DNA from: Sphingopyxis sp.
GTDB taxonomy: Bacteria > Pseudomonadota > Alphaproteobacteria > Sphingomonadales > Sphingomonadaceae
Length of the DNA stretch: 64,000 nt
Assembly: GCF_019459305.1 (NCBI RefSeq)
Contig: NZ_JAIBES010000072.1
Location: 2,331 to 66,330 of the forward strand
Direction: 5' to 3'
A model generated the notes under the pieces. The model ran no database searches and was not told the DNA's origin. It worked only from the letters and a program-made list of their open reading frames with translations. The position numbers and the translations under genes were made by a program. Below are positions 10,022-20,874 of the stretch, piece after piece. Numbering within the stretch: the first letter of the stretch is position 1; every line of letters starts with the position of its first letter.

Positions 10022-10498
10022 TCAGCTATTTGCCTCCGTCTGCCCTTCCGGTAGCCCACGTGTCTTGGGTCGCAGAGCTTGATAGCGGGGCAGAAATGCG
10101 GTCATCGGCATCCAGCTTGGCGCCTCGGCCGCATAGAGATGGAACGTCGGCGCGACTTCTTCGGGATCGTCTAACGTGCCGACGGGAATATCGATTTCGT
10201 CTGGCTGATGCCGAACGTGGATGCTGAGCGGCGAGCCGCATTGGCGACAAAAAGTGCGCGTCCCGAAATCGGTCGAGGCGAAGCCGCCGACTTGCTTCCC
10301 GCCTGCAGGGATCCGGTATCGATCGAGATGCAAGGTCGCAAACACCATATCACCCGAGCCTGACACATGCTGGCAGAGTCGGCAATGGCATCAGCCCGTG
10401 TCATAGGGTGCCTCGGTCAGAGCGTAACGCACCGCACCGCACGTGCAACCCCCCTTGAGTGCGCGAATCTCTAAATCGCTCCGAGTAACTTTCGGCAT
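10022..10498 (-). pseudogene. GFA (glutathione-dependent formaldehyde-activating/CENP-V) family gene interrupted by an in-frame TGA
   Basis: One continuous frame reads MPKVT...GGCTCGAVRYALTEAPYDTG-TGA-CHCRLCQHVSGSG...FCRQCGSPL. All GFA Cys motifs are present. The stop codon lies at 10391-10393. Confidence 0.75.
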
Positions 10499-10825
10499 CT
10501 CTGTTTCGCCCTTCATCCGTCAATCACGTCCGAAACGCGCCGGCTTCAAATTTGCTCCAGTCGGTGCGTTGAACTGCCCGGCTGCGCGTACTGCAACATC
10601 GTCATCGTTCGACTCCTCAGTTGAAGGAGTCGAGAGGGTCTGCCTATGGCGGCTGACCTTCAATCAGGAGCGGCGCTCGCTGGACGGGTTTATATCGATG
10701 TCAGAGCCAATCCGCGCAGCGGTTAGTGCGCCGGCCAGCTTCAGCTGCGTCGAGCAGCTCCAAATCCTCTGACTAGCAACCGGCATAGCGATCCCCCGAA
10801 TGCTCATTCAATAGTCGGGACAGTT

Positions 10826-10851
10826 GAGGGCGGCCGTGACCCGCCGCCCTC
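10826..10851 (-). terminator. hairpin immediately downstream of groEL
   Basis: 9-bp GC stem GAGGGCGGC/GCCGCCCTC with an 8-nt loop, 7 nt after the groEL stop. No strong U tract. Confidence 0.4.
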
Positions 10852-10857
10852 CGATGA

Positions 10858-12841
<1,984 letters not shown>

Positions 12842-12908
12842 GCATAACCTCCATGTTGCATAACGAAATGATAAGCCGGCGCGCCTGTCCGGGGCACGCG
12901 GCGCCGAA

Positions 12909-12937
12909 GAGCTGGGAAGCGATTTTTTCGCTTCAAG
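12909..12937 (-). promoter_or_regulatory. possible sigma-32-type heat-shock promoter of groES-groEL
   Basis: The minus strand reads CTTGAA-N15-CCCAGCTC about 70 nt upstream of the groES ATG. No CIRCE inverted repeat is visible. Confidence 0.3.
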
Positions 12938-13102
12938 AGGCCCGCACAAAAATTTTTCTCGCGGCCGAAGTCTGCCGGACAAATAGCTTCTTTTCAGGTG
13001 CCTGAGACCCCTTGACGCGACTCATTTCGTTTCCAAGATAAGTTGCTGCGGCGTCCGGCCGCTCGACGAGAATGGAATGGCGACAAGGAAGGAGGCACGA
13101 AC

Positions 13103-13330
13103 ATGTCCGAGCCATTTTCCCGTTTTCTTCACCCCTTCGATGTGGCGCATCACCCGAGCCTTGAGCCCGAGGTCAAGCGCGCTCTTCTCGCATCCTGGGC
13201 ATCGGATCGCGCGTCGGTCCGCAACAAGCCCGCGCTCAGAAAGCGGCCGGGCGCGCGCCGCGCAGTACCGGTCGACGATGTGCTCGCGGCGCTCCGCTCG
13301 CTCGATGGCGGCGAGGCGCGCGCCCCATGA
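13103..13330 (+). CDS. hypothetical 75-aa protein, translationally coupled to usg
   Basis: GGAGG Shine-Dalgarno sequence 8 nt upstream of the ATG. Stop overlaps the usg start (ATGA). I recognised no family. Confidence 0.45.
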   Translation: MSEPFSRFLHPFDVAHHPSLEPEVKRALLASWASDRASVRNKPALRKRPGARRAVPVDDVLAALRSLDGGEARAP

Positions 13331-13596
13331 GCGACCGCGCGCTGATCGAACAGCTGGACGGCTATGGGCTGACGACCGCCGAGATCCATTATTACCGGCC
13401 CGATCATCCTTCGCTGCTCCAGCTGTACGTCTGGCAGGATTATGATCTTCCGCCGGACTTTCCGGTGCTGTTCGATTTTTTGGCCATGTGGCGGCGCCAG
13501 ATCGAAGCTGCGCTCCATTCGGTACGGATTACGCAAGACGCACTGATAAGACCCGCCGAGTGGCGGGCGGCCGATATCATCCGAGCGATCGATTGA
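13327..13596 (+). CDS. usg: Usg family protein
   Basis: LDGYGLTTAEIHYYRPDHPSLLQLYVWQDYDLPPDFPVLFDFLAMWRR is the characteristic Usg-like core as I recall it. Confidence 0.75.
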   Translation: MSDRALIEQLDGYGLTTAEIHYYRPDHPSLLQLYVWQDYDLPPDFPVLFDFLAMWRRQIEAALHSVRITQDALIRPAEWRAADIIRAID

Positions 13597-13877
13597 CGAA
13601 GCAAGGTAACGTCGCCGCGTGCCGGGACTGGGCTTGTAGCACTCTCGAGGGTGCGAAAGCGGCCTTTCCCCGTCGCGGCAGAATTTATGGTCTCGTTTGA
13701 TCGCTGTAATTGCGGCGGCGTTCAACGACCGGTTCCGCCAGTTGCCGCCCTGAAGTAGCCAGTCAGCAATCGGCCAGTTTCGACCGATGGGTGGGCGGGA
13801 TTTCAGGTCAATGATTGGCGCGAGTGGATGACGTACGTCCGCTGGCCTGTGAACACGCAGGCCAGCGGATGACGACG

Positions 13878-14300
13878 CTAAATCGCAAACCTGACATGTC
13901 CATTCTCATCGATAGGCCAATCCGGATTCCACGCTATCTCCCACGCGTGATTATCCGGATCAGCCACATATCCTCGAAAACCACCATGGGACGGGGCATC
14001 TGCCGGTCTGATGATATGCCCGCCCGCCTCGACGAGCTGGTTGATCGCGCTTACTACCTCCGCCTCGCTGGGAACATTGTGCGCCAGCGAAAATGCGCCG
14101 GGCGAGGTAAGCCCGGATCGGTTCATATCTTTTTCAAGCGCCGACTTCTCGAACGTGCCAAGCACGAAGCCGTTCATCTGATAGAAGATGATGTCTGCAT
14201 TCTCGAAGACGGGCGTCCAGCCAAAGCCCTCAACATAAAACCGACGGGACCGCGGCAGATCGCTGATGCCAAGTGTGATGACGGAAATCTGGTGTTGCAT
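13878..14300 (-). CDS. VOC (glyoxalase/bleomycin-resistance/dioxygenase) family protein
   Basis: About 140 aa with the VOC-type pattern ISVITLGISDLPRSRRFY...GFRGYVADPDNHAWEI. Confidence 0.8.
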   Translation of the reverse strand: MQHQISVITLGISDLPRSRRFYVEGFGWTPVFENADIIFYQMNGFVLGTFEKSALEKDMNRSGLTSPGAFSLAHNVPSEAEVVSAINQLVEAGGHIIRPADAPSHGGFRGYVADPDNHAWEIAWNPDWPIDENGHVRFAI

Positions 14301-14550
14301 ATCCAAAGCCTTTCCCTCGCTGCCGCACCACTGCAACAGCGTTCCAGGTCTTGGGACACGACGCCGCAGCGAAGGTCAGGGCCCGCTTACGCGGGGACCG
14401 GGCTAACCGCACCGATCTCCCCTTTTTCGACAGCTGGTTTTTTAGCGACACCAAATTGGTGCGGCAAGGGTGACGCGCTGTCCTGTGACTTCGCAGCGCT
14501 GTGCCGCCGGGGCAGTGCGCTTCTCGCTAAGATCCCGGCGCGAGATCTGC

Positions 14551-14596
14551 GGCGCGCCGAGTGGCAGAATGAATTCTCGACAAGCTCGGGCGCGCC
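14551..14596. repeat. imperfect inverted repeat in the long VOC/CYTH-CHAD intergenic region
   Basis: GGCGCGCCGAG-N23-CTCGGGCGCGCC (11/12 bp arms, one bulge). The loop contains a GAATTC palindrome. Confidence 0.3.
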
Positions 14597-14800
14597 TGTC
14601 ACCACTTTGTCACGACGAGCGGGCATCGCGGCGGGCGCGACCCACTTGGAGAGTTTCTACATATTCTTTGGCGGCTCTTCGGGGTCGCCATTTTCTTACA
14701 AGAGCGCTGACGCGCAGTTTTGCCGGATGTTCAAGGCAGTTCATCTTTCACGACTAGGACATGTTGCAAATGTCGCCGCTCCCTCCACAGGATCAAGTTC

Positions 14801-16255
14801 ATGGCCGACGAGATCGAACTGAAGCTCGAATTATCACCAGATGACGCGGCCCGAATAGTCGCCTCTGAGCTTTTCGGCGAGAGTGCAAAGGTCGCGCAGC
14901 AGGTATCGACCTATTTCGATACCGACGAGAGAGCGGTCGCCAAAGCGGGCTATTCGCTGCGCATTCGCCGATCGGACGGCACGGGCATCCAGACGATCAA
15001 GGCGGATGGCGCAAGTTCGGCGGGGCTGTTTGCACGGACCGAATGGGAGCGGCCAGTTGATGACGATGTCCCTATACTTGACTATGCGACCCCACTGCCA
15101 ACCGTTCTCGGTGACAGCGTCGGGAATGTGGTCGCTCAATTCGAGGTCCGGGTTGAGCGCTCCAAATGGCTTGTCCAGGAAGACGAAACGCAAATCGAGG
15201 TCGTGCTCGACCGCGGGGAGGTCATATCGGGAGACCGATCCGAGCCCATCTGCGAGATCGAACTCGAATTGAAACTGGGCGATCCGGCGGCATTGTTCGG
15301 CTTTGCGCGCAAGATCGACGCGGTTGCTCCGGTGCGCCTTGGCGTCATCACCAAATCCGAACGCGGCTATCGCTTGATCGACGTCGAACGAAAGAGCGTC
15401 AAGGCCGGGCCGCTTGCGCTTGCGGCCGATATCAGCACCGCCGACGCATTCAAGCGCATCGTCCAGTCCTGCATACGCCAGTTTCGGCTCAATGAAGAAC
15501 TGCTGCTCGCCGGCCGCGACCCCAACGCCCTGCATCAGGCGCGTGTAGCCATACGCCGCATGCGCTCGGCTTTTTCCATCTTCAAGCCGATGATCGGCGA
15601 CGATGGAACGGGCCTGCGCGACGAACTGAAATGGCTCGCGTCGGTTCCTGGGGAGGCGCGCGATCTCGACGTTCTGCTGGATCGCGTCGCCCCGGGGCCG
15701 CTGCACGACCGCATCCTCGCCGCTCGCGCGGCAGCCTATGATCAGGTCTGCGAAATTCTGGCGTCACATCGCGCGCGCGTGGTCATGCTCAATGTCGCAC
15801 ACTGGATTGTGCAAGGCAGATGGACCGATGAGGCGCGCGGAGAGGCGAACGGCAACCATCTCGCCCGCACCTTTGCCGCGAACTCGCTCGCGCGCTTCCG
15901 GCGCCGGATCAAGCGGCGCGGCCAAAACCTCGCGGACATCGACGATGCAGCGCGGCACGAGGTCCGCAAGGACGCGAAGAAGCTCCGCTATGCGAGTGAG
16001 TTTTTTGCGTCTCTATTCGGTGGAAAGCGTGAGCAGCGCAGGTATCAGCATTTTATTACTGCACTTGGGGAATTGCAGGATCGGCTCGGTGCGCTCAACG
16101 ATCTCGCCACCGCACCCGAGCTACTGGACAGGCTCGGCTTGAGCGATAAGGCCGGTGCCGAGGCGCTTTTGTCCAATGCCTCCGGCAAGAAGAAGCTGCT
16201 CCAGCACGCCGAAGACGCATATGAAGAATTGTTCGACACCAAAAAATTCTGGTGA
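14801..16255 (+). CDS. CYTH plus CHAD domain protein (triphosphate tunnel metalloenzyme fused to a polyphosphate-associated CHAD domain)
   Basis: N-terminal ExExK signature (MADEIELKLEL). C-terminal CHAD helices (LHQARVAIRRMRSAFSIF, HEVRKDAKKLRYASEFF). Confidence 0.85.
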   Translation: MADEIELKLELSPDDAARIVASELFGESAKVAQQVSTYFDTDERAVAKAGYSLRIRRSDGTGIQTIKADGASSAGLFARTEWERPVDDDVPILDYATPLPTVLGDSVGNVVAQFEVRVERSKWLVQEDETQIEVVLDRGEVISGDRSEPICEIELELKLGDPAALFGFARKIDAVAPVRLGVITKSERGYRLIDVERKSVKAGPLALAADISTADAFKRIVQSCIRQFRLNEELLLAGRDPNALHQARVAIRRMRSAFSIFKPMIGDDGTGLRDELKWLASVPGEARDLDVLLDRVAPGPLHDRILAARAAAYDQVCEILASHRARVVMLNVAHWIVQGRWTDEARGEANGNHLARTFAANSLARFRRRIKRRGQNLADIDDAARHEVRKDAKKLRYASEFFASLFGGKREQRRYQHFITALGELQDRLGALNDLATAPELLDRLGLSDKAGAEALLSNASGKKKLLQHAEDAYEELFDTKKFW

Positions 16256-16413
16256 AGTTTTTTGCGGAGACCCGCCGCCACAGCTCGCGGTCCGGACAAT
16301 GGTCGCTTGATTTAGCCGTGATCGACAGCGGAGCAGTCGCGAGCAGCCATTTTGCGGAGTGGGCGCGCTATTTTTTCGAATATTAAATGTGATGTCGGCC
16401 AGATACTCCCTAA

Positions 16414-16640
16414 TTCCCGGAAAGCCGCAAGCCGTTAGAATGCCTAACAGCAGAGGCGCCCGCTGAACTCACAGCCTCGTTAATGCTCGCAGATATCGGC
16501 ATCGCGCATCAGCCGCAGCCTGACCACGCCGCCTATGTCGCCTCCTGGCTGCAACTTTTGAAGGACGAAACCGCGGGCGATCTTCACCGCCGTCAGCAAG
16601 GCGCAGGCAGCGGCCGACTGGAGGCACGCACGGCGGTGAT
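16414..16640 (+). pseudogene. ArdC-like (antirestriction / DUF1738 zincin) C-terminal relic, frameshifted
   Basis: PAELTASLMLADIGIAHQPQPDHAAYVASWLQLLKDE, then a +1 frame change into RAIFTAVSKAQAAADW. This matches the conserved ArdC C-terminus as recalled. No N-terminal part is present. Confidence 0.45.
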
Positions 16641-16864
16641 GACGAGCCGCGCTTCAACGCGCGGTGCCGGCTTGGTGCCGCTCAGCGTAAGAAACGCCGC
16701 GCTGCGCCAGCTCAGCTCGGTCTTCGTCCGCGTAACATTACGTAGTGCCCTGACTGCGATTCCGGACCATCGTTGCCACAGAGACAATTCGAGCAACCAG
16801 TCTGGCTGCCCGCCTCAATTCTTGGCGCTGAATAAGGCATCGAAGCGCGGGAGGAGACAGGATC

Positions 16865-16969
16865 ATGACTGAGACAGGCAAGAGCAGAACGTGCACCGAC
16901 GCAAATACCTGCCATGAGCATTTCGACGGTCGTACGACGGAATTACCAACCAAGGAGCGCCAGCGATGA
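16865..16969 (+). CDS. candidate 34-aa Cys/His-containing micro-ORF
   Basis: GGGAGGAG 8 nt upstream of the ATG. Peptide MTETGKSRTCTDANTCHEHFDGRTTELPTKERQR. Its TGA overlaps the ATG of the next gene (ATGA). Confidence 0.3.
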   Translation: MTETGKSRTCTDANTCHEHFDGRTTELPTKERQR

Positions 16970-17523
16970 CAGACATTCAAGACGCTGCTCTGCGCGAAGC
17001 CGTCGCCGTCTTCGAGAGCGAGAGCGATCTCCAGGCGGCGATCGACGAATTGCTGAGCCATGGTTTTGACCGTGCCGAGATCAGCCTGCTGGCAAGCGAG
17101 CATGCGGTGGAGCGGAAGCTCGGGCATAAATACCGGAAGGTCATGCAGCTGGAAGACGATCCAGAAGCGCCCCGCACTGCCTTCGTATCCACCGAATCCC
17201 TGGGCGATGCGGAAGGTTCGCTGATCGGAGCACCGCTCTACGTCGGTGCGACGGCGGCCGCAGGGGCCATCCTGGTGTCGGGCGGCAGCCTCGCTGCCGC
17301 CATAGCTGGGGCTGCTGTTGCTGGCGGGGCAGGTGCCGCGATCGGGTCGGTGCTTGCCGGTTTCCTGGGCAAGCATCATGCGCATCATGTTGCAGAACAG
17401 ATAGAGCATGGCGGTCTCCTTCTGTGGGTTCGCACCTGGGACGCCAAGGACGAGACCAACGCCATCGAAATCCTGCGTCGGCATTCGGGCAAAGACGTCC
17501 ATGTACATAGTTTTGAGGTTTAA
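16966..17523 (+). CDS. hypothetical membrane protein: two small alpha/beta (YflT-like) modules flanking a Gly/Ala-zipper segment
   Basis: AAGGAG RBS. N-terminal AVAVFESESDLQAAIDELLSHGFDRAEISLL, central GATAAAGAILVSGGSLAAAIAGAAVAGGAGAAIGSVLAG, C-terminal GGLLLWVRTWDAKDETNAIEILR. Confidence 0.65.
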   Translation: MTDIQDAALREAVAVFESESDLQAAIDELLSHGFDRAEISLLASEHAVERKLGHKYRKVMQLEDDPEAPRTAFVSTESLGDAEGSLIGAPLYVGATAAAGAILVSGGSLAAAIAGAAVAGGAGAAIGSVLAGFLGKHHAHHVAEQIEHGGLLLWVRTWDAKDETNAIEILRRHSGKDVHVHSFEV

Positions 17524-17585
17524 GAGCAGCAGCGCGAGGCCCGGCCTGCCGGCTAGATTGCATAGCACGCAGGAGGGGCGGCATC

Positions 17586-18320
17586 ATGCTGCAACTGATC
17601 GTTGCCTTTACCTTGCTCGGGAGCATCGGCGCGCTCGTCGGCGCCGCCCTGTTCTTGGTGTTTCCCGAAGCCATGCGGCGGTCCCTGCTGCCTTACCTCG
17701 TCAGCTATGCCATCGGAACATTGCTGGGCAGCGCCTTCCTATGCCTGATCCCGGCGGGACTGGAGAAGGCGTCGTCCCGACTGTTCATGGCAATCATGCT
17801 GGGCGGCTTCGTTGCGTTCTTTCTGCTCGAAATGCTGCTCCTGCAGCGTCACAGTCTGGCCCACGAAAGGGGTGGGCGTTCATCGCCGGGACTGATGGTT
17901 CTCATCGGCGATGCCTTTCACAACTTTGTGGATGGCGTGGTCATAGCCGCCGCATTCATGACGTCCACCTCGCTCGGCATCACGGTCGCACTGACCGTCA
18001 TCGCGCACGAGATTCCGCAGGAGATCGGGGAGTTCGCCATTCTCCTGGACAACGGATTTTCGAGGCTCAAGGCCTTCCTGCTCAACGCCCTTTCGGCCAC
18101 CGCCGCCCTGCCGGGAGCGGTTCTCGCCTATTTGTGGCTCGGCAATACCCAGTCCATCGTTCCCTTTATGCTGGCCATTTCGGCGGCGAGCTTTGTTTAT
18201 GTCGCGTCGGTGGACCTGATTCCAACTCTCCATCGCGACGTGAAGCGCCGACCTCCGGTTGGGCAGATCGTGCTGTTGATCGCTGGAATTGGTACGATTG
18301 CCATTGTGAGCCTGTTCTAA
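17586..18320 (+). CDS. ZIP family divalent metal transporter
   Basis: Signature HNFVDGVVIAAAF and AHEIPQEIGEFAILL. About 8 TM segments. Confidence 0.85.
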   Translation: MLQLIVAFTLLGSIGALVGAALFLVFPEAMRRSLLPYLVSYAIGTLLGSAFLCLIPAGLEKASSRLFMAIMLGGFVAFFLLEMLLLQRHSLAHERGGRSSPGLMVLIGDAFHNFVDGVVIAAAFMTSTSLGITVALTVIAHEIPQEIGEFAILLDNGFSRLKAFLLNALSATAALPGAVLAYLWLGNTQSIVPFMLAISAASFVYVASVDLIPTLHRDVKRRPPVGQIVLLIAGIGTIAIVSLF

Positions 18321-18372
18321 CTGCAGCCGGACGACTGCCCGATCCAGGCACGCTCATTCGAGGAGTGAACTG

Positions 18373-18846
18373 ATGGAGGACACTGAGCTGCAACGATTGC
18401 TCGTCGATGCTCTCGACGATGAACGCAAGGCCGAGGCAACCTATGCGACAGTGATCGACGAGTTCGGTCCGGTGCGCCCCTTCACCAACATCATCGAAGC
18501 GGAAGGGCGGCATTCGCTGGCAATTGAACGACAGATGGTGCGGTTGGGCTTCCCCATCCCCGTCAACCGCTGGGAAGGCCGCGGTGAAGTGCCCGCAGCG
18601 CTGGCGCAGGCGTGCGAAATGGCGATCCCGGCCGAGATAGAGAACATTGCGCTTTATGACCGCCTGATCCCGCGGGTCGGCGACCCATCGGTGCGACAGG
18701 TGCTAGAAAATCTGCAGGCCGCCTCGCGCCACAATCATTTGCCGGCCTTCCGTCGATGTTTGGCGCGAGAGGGACGCGGCGGCGGGCGAGGTTCGGCCGA
18801 AAGCCGTCAAGGCGGCACTCGGCGCCGAGGACGATGCCGCGCCTGA
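18373..18846 (+). CDS. ferritin-like DUF2202 family protein
   Basis: LVDALDDERKAEATYATVIDEFGPVRPFTNIIEAEGRH...AEIENIALYDRL...LQAASRHNHLPAF pattern. Arg/Gly-rich tail. Confidence 0.65.
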   Translation: MEDTELQRLLVDALDDERKAEATYATVIDEFGPVRPFTNIIEAEGRHSLAIERQMVRLGFPIPVNRWEGRGEVPAALAQACEMAIPAEIENIALYDRLIPRVGDPSVRQVLENLQAASRHNHLPAFRRCLAREGRGGGRGSAESRQGGTRRRGRCRA

Positions 18847-20057
18847 CGCCCTCAGGGCCGCCCCAAGCATGGTACGCCGCTTGGTTGCGTTTGCTCTTGG
18901 GCCTTATCGCGTTTGTCCTCGTGCAATCGCCGTTGAGGGCGGCTGACAGGGTCGACGTGCATTTCTTCTGGAGCGCCGAATGCCCGCATTGCCGGGACAT
19001 GGCGGCGTCGATGAGTGCGGCGGTGGGGGAAGATCGCGACGTCGTCGTCCATCGCCATGAAGTGTCGCACGATTCCGATGGCGCGCGGGATTTTGCCCGG
19101 ACGGTCGAGAAGCTGGATCTTCCCCCTGTCGTTCCCATCGTCATGATCGGTAGGGAGGTCATGGTGGGGCATGAGCCCGGCGCCAGTGAGCGACTGCGGG
19201 AGATGATTGTCCTGTGCAGGTCCGGACCTTGCCCCGATCTGACCGCTGAGGGTCCCGAGACACGGTCCAGCGCGGCAAACGAAGCAAGCAAGGCCTCACG
19301 AGTTGCCTACACGCGGGGCGTCCGTCTCCCTGTCATTGGCGAGGTGCGGACGTCTGATCTTTCGCTGCCGGCACTTACCGTCGTCATGGCGGCCATCGAC
19401 GGCTTCAATCCTTGCGCCATGTGGGTGCTGGTGTTCCTGATCGGACTTTTGCTCGGCATCCGCGACCGGCGACGAATGTGGTTGCTGGCGGTCACCTTCC
19501 TGCTGGCGACCGCCGCAGTCTATTTCCTCTTCCTTGCCGCTTGGCTCAATGTGCTTCTGGTGCTTGGCGCCCTTGTCTGGCTACGCGTTGTGATCGGTGT
19601 TCTGGCGATCGGCGCAGGCGGCCATTACCTGCGCGGGGCCATGCGTCATGAACAGGTCTGTGAGGTGACGCGGCCCGAACGACGCCGTAGGATTCTCGAT
19701 CGGCTCCGATTGCTCGTGCAGGAACCGAACCTCATCATATCGATGGTTGGCGTGGCCCTGCTAGCGGTTGCCGTCAATCTCGTCGAGCTCGTCTGTTCAG
19801 CAGGAATCCCGGCGGTGTACACCGGTATTCTCACGCAGTCGGACCTCACGACAACAGGGTATTACGGCTATCTTACGCTCTACATTCTCGTGTTCCTGGC
19901 CGACGATACAGCGCTGGTAGTGATCGCTATGACAACGCTGCGGATGGTTTCCCCCGATGGAGGATACAGCCGATGGGTGCGTCTCGTCGGCGGGCTGGTC
20001 ATGCTGATGCTGGGGATTCTGCTGATCGGCAAGCCAGAATGGCTGGCCTTTGGATAA
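18834..20057 (+). CDS. thioredoxin-fold (CPHC) domain fused to a DsbD/CcdA-like multi-TM domain
   Basis: Signal/TM segment, then FFWSAECPHCRD. Membrane part has DGFNPCAMWVL and CSAGIPAVY motifs. Start ATG 18834 overlaps the end of the preceding gene. Confidence 0.6.
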   Translation: MPRLTPSGPPQAWYAAWLRLLLGLIAFVLVQSPLRAADRVDVHFFWSAECPHCRDMAASMSAAVGEDRDVVVHRHEVSHDSDGARDFARTVEKLDLPPVVPIVMIGREVMVGHEPGASERLREMIVLCRSGPCPDLTAEGPETRSSAANEASKASRVAYTRGVRLPVIGEVRTSDLSLPALTVVMAAIDGFNPCAMWVLVFLIGLLLGIRDRRRMWLLAVTFLLATAAVYFLFLAAWLNVLLVLGALVWLRVVIGVLAIGAGGHYLRGAMRHEQVCEVTRPERRRRILDRLRLLVQEPNLIISMVGVALLAVAVNLVELVCSAGIPAVYTGILTQSDLTTTGYYGYLTLYILVFLADDTALVVIAMTTLRMVSPDGGYSRWVRLVGGLVMLMLGILLIGKPEWLAFG

Positions 20058-20874
20058 CGATGAGCTACGCCCCCGTCGCCGCCTTCGACGCTGTAAAAGG
20101 CTGTCCCAAATCGTCATGTGAGCGAGCCACAGACGGTAACGTCAAGCAGCTGGCCATCGGTTCATAGCGACGAAAAAGGTAGCCCACTTGCCGGTCCGGC
20201 CGGTTGCAGGCAGCGCTCGGCCATCCGCCCTTTTGAATGATGGGCGCTGTAGAAGTAGAAGTGAATTCCTTCAACGGACGCGGCTTGCGCGGCGGTAATG
20301 GTTTTGGGACCCCCCTCCAAGGCAAGGGTGATCGGCGCTCCTTACCCCGCCTTGCGGGAGGCGCATGGGATTCGGGGCGGTACTGGAGGCTACAGACGAA
20401 TTTCACCTTCCAACCGCCATTTTTAGCTCGACTGTCAGGATCTATCGCCGAAATGTGCAGTGCCTTCGTCTGCGCCGAAGCCGAGCAAAAAGCGCCAGAT
20501 CCGAAAGGCTGGATGCAAATTTGAGATGGTCAAATACGCTTGAACGGGCTGACGGTCATCATGGCTCGCAGACACTCTTTCGTAGACGGAGTCGCCGCGT
20601 GTTAGACACCAGACATTTGGCGCAATGCCTGCAACTGGTCGCGAGCAGCCGGCTCGGTGCAAGGCGACCAAATGGCAACTATCTCAGATTGTGGCCTGAA
20701 ACCTGCCGGTCCGGAGTCGGCCAGATCGAGCCGATTAGCAGCCGACTGTAACGCGCCTGTCCTCGGCCACTCAAATTCCGGTCGACGATACCCAAATCGG
20801 CCGTGATTTGATTAAGGCGGTGCGCTAGGTTGCGAAACGATCGAACCACGTGAACGAAAATTGGGGCAAATTCT

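Noticed and set aside
10330-10393. Selenocysteine decoding of the TGA in the GFA gene
   Set aside because: I found no stable SECIS-type hairpin in the 50 nt downstream. A nonsense mutation is the more parsimonious explanation. It is still flagged as a finding for verification.
12842-13042. CIRCE (HrcA) operator upstream of groES
   Set aside because: No TTAGCACTC-N9-GAGTGCTAA-like inverted repeat is present. Only a weak sigma-32-like promoter was noted.
13815-14822. 335-aa plus-strand ORF spanning the VOC gene antisense strand and the intergenic region
   Set aside because: No motifs. It overlaps a well-supported minus-strand gene and runs through non-coding sequence.
16738-17568. 276-aa minus-strand ORF across the micro-ORF and the 16966 gene
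   Set aside because: Antisense to a gene with an RBS and coherent domain structure. Odd composition.
20170-20235. tRNA-like string (GGATGGCCGAGCGCT on the minus strand) resembling a class II tRNA D-arm
   Set aside because: No T-loop (GTTCRA), anticodon arm or acceptor pairing follows. Not a tRNA.
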